DNA of 58,218 nt, filler included, from Asterionella formosa (Eukaryota): NCBI GenBank assembly GCA_002256025.1. It is 6 parts of 6 records of this genome, joined end to end, with 100 filler letters (N's around TTAATTAATTAA, not from the genome) between each part and the next. Parts side by side here need not be neighbours in the genome. Positions count along the whole stretch, not along the records: positions 38,902 to 48,513 come from NKIB01010412.1; positions 48,614 to 58,218 come from NKIB01010421.1; 4 more parts are not named here. The stretch is one strand, 5' to 3'. Below are positions 47,023 through 58,218 of the stretch, one piece after another. The number at the start of each line of letters is the position of its first letter. Position 1 is the first letter of the stretch. A model generated the notes under the pieces. That model saw only the letters and a program-made list of their open reading frames with translations, was not told the origin of the DNA and ran no database searches. Made by a program: the position numbers and the translations under genes.

Positions 47023-47940
47023 ATGAACTCCTTTGCAACCATCCTGACACTTTTTTGGAGTGCGAATGTACTACTAGTATGTCATCTTTCGTCGTTGACT
47101 TCAGCCTACCAAATCACTACCCGGTCCGATAGCCGTCGTCAATTTCTTCAATCCACATTCCTCACAACATTTGTTGTTGGTAGTGGTGGTGGTTCCATCC
47201 TCCTTCCAACAGCAGCTACTGCTGCTGTTGCTGTTGATAGTACGTCGTCCTCAGCAACGATTACAGACAAGATTTATTTGGACATTAAAGGCATTGCTCC
47301 AAATGAACCACCACAACGTATTGTCATTGGATTGTTTGGTAACGACGCCCCCGATGCAACAAACAAATTAAAGCAACTGGTTACCAAACAAGGGTTACCT
47401 TCACCATGTAAACCAAAAGATACGTCACGACTATTGCAAAAAGAACAACTAGAGGCCAATAAAGTATACAATTCTTGCAAAGAATATGAAGACACAAAAG
47501 GTGTCAATTATGATTTGAGTACAATATGGAGGGTGATCCAGGATGATCGAATTGACGTTGGAGCCGTTAGTGGAAAATTCATTAGCAGAGAAAATGTACA
47601 GTGGGAGGGATCGAACGACCTGAAGCATGATGCCTTTGGAGTCGTTTCTGTAAAGCGAGGCAATGACTCTGGTTTTGGGTTTACGATTTATCCGGGAACG
47701 TCGTCAGGAACAGCTACTACTAATCTTGATGAAACGCATATTGTTGTGGGCAGAGTCATTGATGGGTTGGAAGTGATTCAGCAGATCAATCAAGTACCTG
47801 TTGTCAAGTCGGCTAAACTTGGGGGAGGGGAACAAAAATCTGCACCCAGTCGAGCATGTCGATACGGATCAAACGAGCTATATTGCAATGAAAACAAGCC
47901 GCTACAAAAGCTGAGTATTTTTAACTCTGGGATATTATAA
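47023..47940 (+). CDS. Divergent cyclophilin-type protein, predicted thylakoid lumen (signal + transit + Tat peptide)
   Basis: ITDKIYLDI...RIVIGLFGNDAP, LKHDAFGVVSV and LDETHIVVGRVIDGLEVIQQI. Presequence has the twin-arginine SRRQFL...ATA motif. Confidence 0.85.
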   Translation: MNSFATILTLFWSANVLLVCHLSSLTSAYQITTRSDSRRQFLQSTFLTTFVVGSGGGSILLPTAATAAVAVDSTSSSATITDKIYLDIKGIAPNEPPQRIVIGLFGNDAPDATNKLKQLVTKQGLPSPCKPKDTSRLLQKEQLEANKVYNSCKEYEDTKGVNYDLSTIWRVIQDDRIDVGAVSGKFISRENVQWEGSNDLKHDAFGVVSVKRGNDSGFGFTIYPGTSSGTATTNLDETHIVVGRVIDGLEVIQQINQVPVVKSAKLGGGEQKSAPSRACRYGSNELYCNENKPLQKLSIFNSGIL

Positions 47941-48513
47941 GTACCTGTGAGTAGCTACGGAGATGGAAAATAATTTTGTGGTTTTTCGAAAGCAAGGACA
48001 TATCCAAGCTTGTTAGAAGGTATGGGTTCAGTAACGATCCGATCACCCGTACTTGCTAGTCTGATCGGATTGTGTATCCTTTGAATGCATTCATTGTCCA
48101 TTTATTGCGGCAGGGGAAGAAGATAACTATTAATTCCCTCTCCCTCAATTTCTTCAGTTCGCAGCTTCGGTTCATATATTTTGGCAGCTTCCCTAAATAA
48201 TTTTGGGTTCTGTTCCTCTAAAGTATGGCTTAAGTGAATTATTCGTCTTTTGACCGTATTGACAATCACCAAAGTATAGGAGACACCATTCAAGGAAACA
48301 AGGCATTTGTGTGTGTCTCTCAGTTTTTCAAATGACATGGTATTATTCATGAATTTCACACTGTACTATTTGTACAACACTGAATTGATAGAAGGGATAA
48401 TTCGTCATCATGAATATCATAGATATCACTGACCTTGTTTGAAGGGGTGAATACATCCTTAGGTGACGACGTTATTGGTTGTGAGCTTCAAGTCAAAGAT
48501 TGTGAGCTTCACC

Positions 48514-48613
48514 NNNNNNNNNNNNNNNNNNNNNNNNNNNNNNNNNNNNNNNNNNNNTTAATTAATTAANNNNNNNNNNNNNNNNNNNNNNNNNNNNNNN
48601 NNNNNNNNNNNNN
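48514..48613. other. Artificial contig-joining linker
   Basis: N44-TTAATTAATTAA-N44. Confidence 0.97.
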
Positions 48614-48752
48614 TAGAGTCATTTTCTGGAATGGAAGCGTCGAGATGGCTCGACCGGATGTGCCGTGTGCAGAACGGCAGAGCAGAAAAGGCGTCGGCGG
48701 AAGAAATCAAAAGCAGCGAAATGGCAAATACTGCTTTGCGAGACTTGTTCAT
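48614..48752 (-). CDS. 5' fragment of a plastid-targeted protein (truncated by the contig end)
   Basis: MNKSRKAVFAISLLLISSADA-FSA (ASAFAP-like cleavage site) plus a transit-like peptide. Confidence 0.6.
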
Positions 48753-50787
48753 TCTTTTCGTAGTTCTGAATATGCAACGCTGGGTAACAATCAGGAGAAC
48801 AGTTCCCGTTGATGTAGACTACCGGGACGTCTGATTAACGATAGTGGTGGAATGTTTATTATTTAGTAGAAGATCGAATGTTTGGTGTGCTCTGGATTGG
48901 AACATTGACTATAGAATAGCCGCTTTCTTCTCATGCCAGATCCTGAAATGTAATGGCGACAGATCATTTCTTTGGCCGGTTTTGCCTGCCGTTTCCTTCC
49001 TCACTGGTCTTTTTACGATTATCCAAGCAGGCCATCATTTTTATCATTTCATTCTTCTTGTTATCAGCGGTCATAAATTCGAATGGTCACGACGACAACA
49101 AGGGAAGCAGACAAGCGTCAAATTCAATTCACAGACACGCAGACAAACTGCTACACACATTCATTTTCATTCATGATTGACAATAATATCCCCTTCAAAT
49201 AAGAAGTACAGACCAAGTCACACATAAAAACTTGTATACCAGTGGTGGAATGCAAGAATTGTACTACCAGTAGTAGTAGATCCAATTCCAAAACCAAAAA
49301 ATTGTTGTCAATTAAATTTTATATTATGATGTTGAATTACTGAATATAATGATGATAGAGATGTAGTCCAAAAAATGAACTCAGAGTAGAATGAGAACTA
49401 ATTTGTAAGTTTTAGTATTTCAGCCATCAGCACTGCTGCCATGAATAATGAAAACAAAACAGGTTTCATATCTGAATTAACCAAACATAGCTAGTAGTCT
49501 AGTAGGAGCTAGTACCACATATGTTCATACTAGCTCGCTTTCATCTGTGTAGATCCAGCAACCCATGCCAGAATCAGTCATCTCAGGCAACATATAATTT
49601 ATCACAGGATTTTCTGGGTATTGAGGAAAGAAATCAGATTCAAGTTATGACAGTTTTGTTAGCTCAGTTTCCACTTTGGTTTTTTGGAGGCAGTTGAAAA
49701 TGAACATCTGTCATTCGCCGCTTGTTATCGACCATGATGGCACCAGCAAGACCCCTTCCAGCCAAGAAAGCTCTTTCTCCCTCTGCCTGGCAAAAGGAGT
49801 TGCAATGAACTGTTGCTGCTCTGGACAATATATCAGGAGGGCCAACAATGTCAATCAAAAATCTTCAGAATAAAATATATATCTACTTTATCCATCTGTG
49901 AAAAGAAGACAAACCTAAAAATAGACTATTAAAAATGCGCTTTAAAAATGATTAATATATATATATATATACATACATACTGGTACCTGGTTGTTGGATG
50001 AAGAGACAGCGGCATCGCTCAAATTGCGGTTAATACTAAGTAAAAACCGAATAGGAATCGTACTATTTTATTTAGTATACTAGTTGTCTAATAGAAATAT
50101 GGTACGATTTTTGTAAGTCAATGGGTGGTTGACAATGCATGTTTAGGATTTCCCAAGACCCGATATCATCGTTTTTGCGACAGTCTGACCAAAACCAAAA
50201 CCTATTCTAAAAGAATTTTTTAGGTGTTGGTCAACGGTTAGCAACGCCCTAATAAGATAAGATACAATGAAATTACGAAAAAAGCACAAAACACCATATG
50301 TCTTGATGCTGTCCTCATTCCTTCTACATATGTCAAGTTACCAATTGACAACGAGAATCGTATTGTTCTCTGTTGCATTGCACAGCTGCTAAGACAATGG
50401 ATCAAAGTCCTGGCTTCTTTCAAAGTCGCTTTGATGATTTAAAATGAAAATGCAACTTATGTAGAGTGTTTTCAGTGTGGTATTGGCTGGTTATACTAGC
50501 ACAATCCCAATGTTTTGAGGTGTGAATAACTCTATTGATCAGTGATTATGAAGATGACTGCACAGCCATAAGAAACTATCATAGGACCCCGCCGCCCTTT
50601 CAAACAAGAATGATAATCCCACACGAAAACACCATCTAGATTGCTGCACAGGTGATCATGTCATCTAGCTTACGACTTGAAAAGTAAATTTTAAAGTATG
50701 CGTTATAGTAGAGCCTCGACTTTAGTGGAGTTCTTTGGGATGCACCAGAGCGCAGAGCGCCCGGTAGTGACTAAGAAGTGCTACATA

Positions 50788-51370
50788 CTAGGGTGGGTGA
50801 GGCGGTGGGGGGTATTTTGTAAGATCCAATATTGGCGGATGGAGCCTTGAAAGCGATGATTGCGTGCAAGTTGGGAAATAAGTAAAGATTTTCCTGCAGC
50901 ATACTACAATGCTAGCCACACCTCCTTTGGAGTAAGCGTTGGCTGAGAGGAAGACAGAAGAGATGATTCCTGTCTGCTGGGGGAACTGAATGTTGGGCTT
51001 TGTAAGCAGAAGTGATGTTGGGCATGATACAATGGATGTGGCGGTTTCTAGTGGCCAACTGAGTGGCGCCATGGACAAATGCATTTCGTTCGGTCCATTG
51101 GTCATATGCATAAACACGGAAACATTTGAGAGCTGGACAGGTGCATTGGACAGAAGGGAAGGTCGTGTTGGGAAAGCGTTGGGTGTGATAGATAGTCATA
51201 GTATCTCCCCAGGCAAGGGAAAAATGACCATGTAGTACTTGGTTCCAGCCTATTTTGCTCTCAAAAATTGAAAGCTTTGTGAGCAGAACAGGCAAGGGAG
51301 TCGGTGGCAATGGGCTCTGATAGAGGCCAGATGGGGTCTGGGTCTCTCCCAGGTGATGTCATCTAATTAT
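50788..51370 (-). mobile_element. 3' fragment of a non-LTR retrotransposon ORF (Ambal-like diatom LINE)
   Basis: SKIGWNQVLHGHFSLAW...DQWTERNAFVHG matches the IGW..GxxxxxW...WxxRNxxxHG C-terminal motif of diatom LINE ORFs. Internal stop present; no RT core in this fragment. Confidence 0.65.
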
Positions 51371-51595
51371 CATTTGAATAAAATCAAGAATATATCAATA
51401 TTGAAAAAGCTTGAACTAAACTGGAATTTTTGCGAAATATTCCCAATAGGATGTAGTAGAATGATTTAATGCAACAATGCTGAGATGAATCTACATTGTA
51501 AAAAATGAAATATGTAGGAGCTTTCACGCTCAAAGCATACAGTATCTAGGGCCTGTTCTCGTTGGGATATTCGTGTTCCAAAAGACTTGTACCAA

Positions 51596-52123
51596 CTATC
51601 GATAATCTTTCAGTTGCTTGGTGTTGCCATGAAATTTCATGGAGTAGAATGTACTTGAGGTTTTCATGGAACTGGTTGAACTTAGTTCGTCATCCTCAAT
51701 AGTATTTGTGCTTTGTCGCATCAAACCACTACCAATTTCAGTCTTCAAATGAGCAGTAACAAATTTATTTTCTTGGCGGCCAGGTAGCTTAGGTTCATAC
51801 TTGTCTTGAGGAATTACGGAAATGGACAGATCTGCTGAAAGGACAGAAGCAAGATCCCGAAGCGACAAGAAGGTGTTATTGTCCGCTCCACATCCTTGCT
51901 CTTGAGGTCTCCGAGTTGAGTAACTGCTCGTCATGATGCCAATGGCAAGATTCTGAATAAACCAGAAATGAACTATAGGGAAAGAACAACAAAATGATTT
52001 GAACAGGGCAGCAATGGAACCGAGTCGATGAATGATCGATTCTATTGCCGAGAATTGATTGTTTGGTCTGGAAGCAAATTGGTGATAAACATTATGAGCG
52101 TTCACTGATGCCAGAGATGTCAT
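51596..52123 (-). CDS. Hypothetical protein (175 aa)
   Basis: ATG-initiated ORF only; no recognisable motif. Confidence 0.3.
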   Translation of the reverse strand: MTSLASVNAHNVYHQFASRPNNQFSAIESIIHRLGSIAALFKSFCCSFPIVHFWFIQNLAIGIMTSSYSTRRPQEQGCGADNNTFLSLRDLASVLSADLSISVIPQDKYEPKLPGRQENKFVTAHLKTEIGSGLMRQSTNTIEDDELSSTSSMKTSSTFYSMKFHGNTKQLKDYR

Positions 52124-52946
52124 GAAACGTGGTCAATTTTCAAGGAAAGAACAAGTCTATAAACTACGACATGCGGGATTCGACGCACAAGAAGGCTACC
52201 GAACGCAATAAATAACGTACACATCGACAAGAACGTCATACAGCCTTCGTTCAAAAGAGTATCTGGCATTGTCGATTCGATCGATTGGCATTGCTACAAA
52301 GAATTCATTGAAGAAGGCTACAGAATGCGATAAAATTAAGGGCGAAAATGTCATCCATGGACAAACGATTAATTGCATCGTTGACATGAGAATCAAAAAT
52401 GCCTGCATTTAAGTCTTTCCATTCATTTGATTGGAGATTCAGAAATGAGGACAACAAAAAGGTGACGCTTTGCACTGTGACATAGTCGCTGGTTTCGTTC
52501 TTCCCTCTACTGACACTAAGTACTGGTGCCGGTATTGAGAACGATGTTTCAAGTGGGAATATCCGGGATGTGAAACTACGACATATTTACCATATGAACG
52601 ACACTCGTGTTTTGTGGTTGTCGCATGAGGGGAACTGCGACAGAAGTACGACGTAAGTGCTATAACCGGTATTAGTCGTTCTGTAGATGCTACGCAGCTC
52701 CAGTATGTTCTGCACCAAAGCCATTCGTTCTGTCATGTCTGTGTGTATAAATATTATACCGTAGACCGGTATATTTTATTAATCCAGAAGCACTTGTCAT
52801 GTGTAGATAGGATTCAGGTGCAACCAGGTCACTTACATCATGTTTTGGCCTTCAGACTTGAGATTGTTTGTATGCTAATTTCTCCCGATTTTGAGAATAT
52901 GAGAAATGGTGTCTCGTTCAGATACCTTGATACTGTTACTTTGTCT

Positions 52947-53043
52947 AAAGTATAGAATTTCATGTAAGCATTTTTTTTATCACCGCCATCCCCGTAACCA
53001 CAAGATAGATCCCTGAAAATGCTTACCAGAAATTCTATACTTT
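52947..53043. repeat. Inverted repeat, 28-bp arms, 41-bp spacer
   Basis: 52947-52974 vs the reverse complement of 53016-53043: 26/28 identical. Confidence 0.85.
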
Positions 53044-56000
53044 TACAAAAGTTATCTTTTCATCAAAACAAGTTTCTTTTATGCTGCATATGTTATGAAT
53101 CGAAATTTGGGCTATAGCTATCATGTTAATTTGTTATTATCATTAGTATCTTGAAGCATCATTATACAACGGCCTCGTCTGGTGATTTTCGCACTGGCAC
53201 AACACATGGTTCCAAGATTGCTGTGATACGCTATTGACAAAGTTCAGCCAGAGTTAAATCGAGTTTAAAGGGATTATCATTTTGGCTGACCATGCTTGCA
53301 TGGATGAAAGGATGAATTGTGTGATGAAGTCTTCATCTTTTCAACTTGGCATGTGTTGGTTTAAAGAGAATTGGCTGATTGTTGATAGTTGTTGCCAGCA
53401 ACATCCTCAAATCCTCATGAATAACTAACAAACAGCAGCTGAGTTGTTTGAGATGCCGTATGGTGATCATTGTTGAAATACAATTTTCGATATACGGCTG
53501 AACGAGCGAAAAATCCAGGGCCAGCCAACATCAAGAATGGCAGCATTTCTTGAAACTGGCAATACACAGGCAGGTGCAGGCCAGCAAGCAACAAGGAAAG
53601 CTTAGGGGCCTCATCTTATTCATTGTAAAAGTGAAATTGAGGGAATGTTTTGGTGGAATCTTCAACGGTATGATGAAATGGGAGGACTAATAGTGGCATC
53701 ACATTCAACGCACAATTGGCCAACAAAATGACGACAATCAACCTAACAAACGCATTTGAATGAGGAGCAACGCGTAGAAACTCTTTAAATCTACTAGAAA
53801 CATTAGAATTAATATGCATACTGCATTTGATTTACTAGTACTTGAAAAAAGCAAGATTGCCGAGCTAAATTAATTTGAACCCTTTTAGTACGAGGTTTCT
53901 ACTGCACGTTCTGGGTACTAGGGATACCGGAGCAAAAATCCTATCTGCACACGACAAGTGCTTCATCTGTCAAACAGGCCAGGCCAAGTGGCAGCATCAG
54001 ACAATGAGCTCAGCTTTTTGATTAGAAATACTGAGAAACACCTCGGGAACGACAAGAAATGATTTGTGGTTACTCTTTTGTTTCTGTTTTGCTTTTGTAC
54101 TTTCTATTGATTTAATTGCTTATTGCTGTTTGCATGCTTCCATCTACATACTAGCCACACTACAAATTATTGCTTCCAAGGTTAATGTTACAACTTACTC
54201 CTGTTCCTTCTTTGGAGAACCATCACATCAATTTTTTCCAGCAAACAAAGCCTCAATTATTCGACTACCAGCAAAATTAATTCCCAAGCAACTTTACATT
54301 CTATTGATTTTCTTTTTTTCAATTATTTACTAAGGTTGATACTGCCTCCAATTCCATTCATCCAAACCAAGGCGCCATCGAATTTGCTCTTTCCAGCTGT
54401 AGCCGTAGTTATAGTACTCCCTCAAAAAGATTCATAATGAAATATTGCTTCCCATGATTGTTATCAAAGTTCGCTGCAATTATTTGTCTCTCAATATGAC
54501 CATTCTCCCAAAAGAAGCATCCGATGTGATTACAGAGTCAATTCTTATACTTTATTTTCCTTCCTGGACCAAACCTAACTTCCTCATTTCATCTATTCGG
54601 ATTTAAAATCATGAATTCAAACCTAATTTATTCTTAATATCCAATAATCCCAATCATCCTTTTCCTCTCACCATCGACGACCATCAAACTTCACCAACGC
54701 CACCGAACATTTGCAATTGTGCTGATGCTACTTTGCAACCACCAGCACCACAAATCACAGTTGATCCAGCACCCACTCCCTCCAAAACAATTTATCCATC
54801 GGTCACTGTTCCGCCAGGAACCAATTTTTTATTTCATAGCTTTTATTTTGAAGGCAACAACGAAGTTTATGTTGACAACTTTTGATGAACATTTGCTAAA
54901 AAAATGTCACGAGAATTTTCTTATAACCCATTTTCTTTTTCACTTTTTATTCTCGTCCCCTCTTCATCATTTCTGCTCCTCACCTTTCGATTGTTTCCAT
55001 CATTTCATACTTCGATTGATTAAAACACCATGTTGACACTGGTTACAAACATTCTTGTGTGATCATTTTCAATTATTTTGACACATTTTTGGTATTCAAT
55101 GCCCTTTTGAGTGTGGTATCGAAATTTAATGGCCTGTTGCAAAATTCAGCAAACTCGGCCGATTTTTGAACATTCATTCGAAAATTATACTCCTGACGCT
55201 TTTGCGATGATAGTATCTGCTCAAAGCTAAAATGGCCATCCCAAAATTCCGCTGTGCTCCTATATTGAAGGAACCTAGTCAATAATTAGCTACTTTTGGC
55301 TTGAATGAGTACCCAAGGTATCCCTTATTCTTGCCAAAAAATTATTTAGCTGAAATAACAAGGTTCTTTTGTATACTAATAGAGATTAAATGCTATACAG
55401 TCCTTTAAGTAACGTACCATTATATTTGTTGACCTATTCCAATCCATTGCCACAATTTGTTTCAATTGATGATATTTGAATTTATTTTGCTTCAAACAAA
55501 GTGATGATCAAAGTCCATTGTGGAATTTTACTAACAAGCCTACTGTATATGTGCCTGTCAATTGCAATGGGACCATATTTGTACACTCTTGTTGTGTTTG
55601 TAAATCGACTTCTTGGCCACTGTCAACAGCAGGTGATGCCATCATATATTGCCAAGGTTGTTGTTGTGCGAATTTACGAATGTGTTCAACTGTGATAACT
55701 TCCACTCCTAACATAGTTAAATCCAAATGTGTCCGGAATCATTGGAAAAAATTAGTCTGTGTTTGCCCTGTTTCAAGAATACATCCAAATGGCCCAAGAT
55801 AGCCATTGGATAATTTGGGCTAAATATAGATAGTTAATGATATGGGCTACTTGTTGTTTCAACTACCATAATCAACTGTACTATCGTAGGCCTTGAACCT
55901 ACTAGTACTGTGTCAATCAAATACAGTTGATGAAATTGATAGCAACAAAGAAGTCGTCAACTTAAACTTTCACTTTACTAACTGGATTGTTTCTAGATAA

Positions 56001-56059
56001 TGGTCTTGAAACATTCATATTACTTATATTGCATTTTAACATTTCCTGGCCTCTGATTG

Positions 56060-56995
56060 CTTTTGCTTGTGTCGTACCTTTTACCACATCAGCCCAGGCA
56101 GGTACTGCTTGGCACCGGCTTTACCATACTGTTCTCTCTAGTGCCTACTGTACCCTTCACTCCTGTCCTGTGGGAGTCAGCTCGCATTTTTCCAACACTA
56201 CCATATTGTGGCCGATAGTAGCATGCTTGTGCAGCATTGTGGGCAATTTCTGTGAAGAAACCTGGGAATGATTTATACTGGAAGAACAGCTCGCACATGG
56301 AGCACTTCACATAATGTACAAACTCAAACAAGATAAAACTATTCCTCCCGATTTTAACTCGATCACCTTGGGCGTGTGATGCCTTCAGCAACACGTCGCC
56401 AGCCGGCATATTTCAAACTCCATTTGATCATGATGGATTACATACATATTGGTGCGATGGAACGTTTCAGTTTCAACGCGAATCTCAGTCTTCGGGTTTT
56501 GTGTGTGATTTGGAAACTCATGAAGATTCTTGTCATGTAGGAGACAAATTGCAATACAACAATTTTATCCCACCCAGAGGATGGCCCGAATGGAGTCGCT
56601 TTTGTTATCGACCGGGTGTTAGTTTATTGAAGTTGTCAGAGCTGCATCATGGCCAACGACAAGTTCTTGTCGGACAGCGTCTATATGGACTCAAGCCACC
56701 AAAGGACCTTCCTACATTAGATCAATTACAATTCTTGGAGGTTGGTGCAAGCGTGTATTTCGGCCGAAATGGAAATCTACTCCAGGAGGATCATTCCATC
56801 GGTGTCCGATACACCATGTTGTCTCGTATGACTATATTGCCTCTGGACGAACTCATGCCGCCAGATGATCTTGTTCAAACAAATAAAATATTTTGCGAAG
56901 AGATGAAAACATCTCAGCAAATGTGGTCTTTAGATGGCGGCGAAGAGTTCTTACATCATGTACTGCGAAGTGTTAATCCAGGCGACAATGGTTAA
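56060..56995 (+). pseudogene. Degraded coding sequence of unknown family
   Basis: Coding-like composition; 164-aa ORF 56501-56995 preceded by fragments interrupted by TGA stops. Confidence 0.3.
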
Positions 56996-58218
56996 TATTG
57001 TTGTAGCATTTTCTTTGTCGGATCCATAGCCATAAATTGATGGAATGCAGACTCATGATTTTAAAAATGAAATACATCCCACTTACGGAAGAATTAATAT
57101 GTTTTCTTGCTCGCATGATAAGTGTAAAGGGTAGGAAAGTAAGCGATAGTGAAAAAGGAGACCTATTTAGAAAAAAACAGCAACTAAATAACTGGTACTA
57201 GGACCAGAAAAAAGGGATGTGTTTTATTATCGGTATTTTCACAGTTGCAGCTCTAAACCATCTTGAGTCATTGCGAATTGCCTTAAACCATGGATTATTT
57301 ATTGTGTTCAGAAAATTCATGCAATGAATTTTTTCGATTTAGAGTTTTTTCAAAGACAAATAAATGAAAACCAATTTCATTACGTCAAGCAATTTTTGTT
57401 GGTGCTATATGTAACACTCTATCATTGTATGCGCCAATTGCTCGCAACCATGAATGCCTCTCACGATATAACATATCACATCAATATGTACTTTTTATAG
57501 TCTCAAGTTCTTTGAAAGCGTCCCCCACTTCAGACGTGACTCTACCGGCAAAGTGTATTAATTAACATACACTGCATACGTAGTTAGTCCTAGAGTTCGT
57601 TTTGATGTTCTTACGAGTCAACAAAAATGCTAAATTTCCAGGTAGACTACCCAAGAGTACCGGTATCATTACAACACGATTTTATGTAATTATTGTATGG
57701 AAGTTGAAATTTTCAAAATTAGCTTACACTGTAGTTTGGAAGAATTTTGTTTGTGAACTATTGAGTATGATCCTTCACCGATGCCGATAACAAAGTACAG
57801 TCAAACCCTTTCGGAAATTTTAAAATCTACCCTTTCTTTTCCTGTCCTGTGCTTGTGGTTCTGCGATTAATGATGAGCAACATCCAACATCCACAAGAAT
57901 AAAGTAAAAGCAACGAAAGTAAAAGACCAGAAAATCGGGGATCGATATCATGTTCGCCAGCGACATCTGAAACATTGATAAATTGTCGTCAATAGATATC
58001 TCCAATAGCAGCACAATATGATTGATGACATGTCAGATGTGCTTCACGGCTTTTACCATGTCACTTGAGCAATGAAATGAATAAAAACGTCGTACTATGC
58101 CAGCGGACCTCCGACACCAAAGGACCGAGCCCAATTGAAGGCATCGACAATAAAATTCTCTGGAGGTCCGTTTGTGAGCAATTGAATGACCACATCACCA
58201 GGAGTTAGTTGTCCATTG

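Noticed and set aside
41380..47132. Long ORFs spanning N gaps (41600-42370, 43817-44526, 46554-46997)
   Set aside because: Artefacts of translating Ns.

Overview
AT-rich eukaryotic nuclear DNA, almost certainly from a diatom: short GT-AG introns, bipartite signal+'AF' plastid-targeting presequences and diatom-type transposons. The window is not one locus. It is six unrelated scaffolds (9631, 9627, 9626, 9617, 9612, 9605 bp; strictly descending length) joined by 100-bp N44-TTAATTAATTAA-N44 linkers, so gene neighbourhoods are only meaningful within a segment. Recognisable genes: a coiled-coil protein with a SPAG1-like N-terminal motif, a CHY/RING (Pirh2/RCHY1-like) E3 ligase, a bacterial-looking unknown protein, U2AF1, an NRPS-like adenylation-carrier-ankyrin (A-T-ANK) protein, a plastid DEAD-box-like helicase, a truncated PDAT, an OSCA/TMEM63 channel, mitochondrial uL11, TRM61, two glycosyltransferase-like proteins and a thylakoid-lumen cyclophilin. 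Mobile DNA: a full-length decayed PIF/Harbinger element with TIRs and TTA TSD, a pogo DD35D pseudogene, an Ambal-like LINE 3' fragment, hairpin/MITE-like elements and a candidate tRNA-derived SINE. Most interesting are the A-T-ankyrin enzyme (AASDH-like A domain, no C/TE/R domain), the tRNA-headed structured element at 678-926, and a palindromic (GGTACCW)n motif recurring just upstream of genes. All family calls come from motif recognition by eye; no searches were run.
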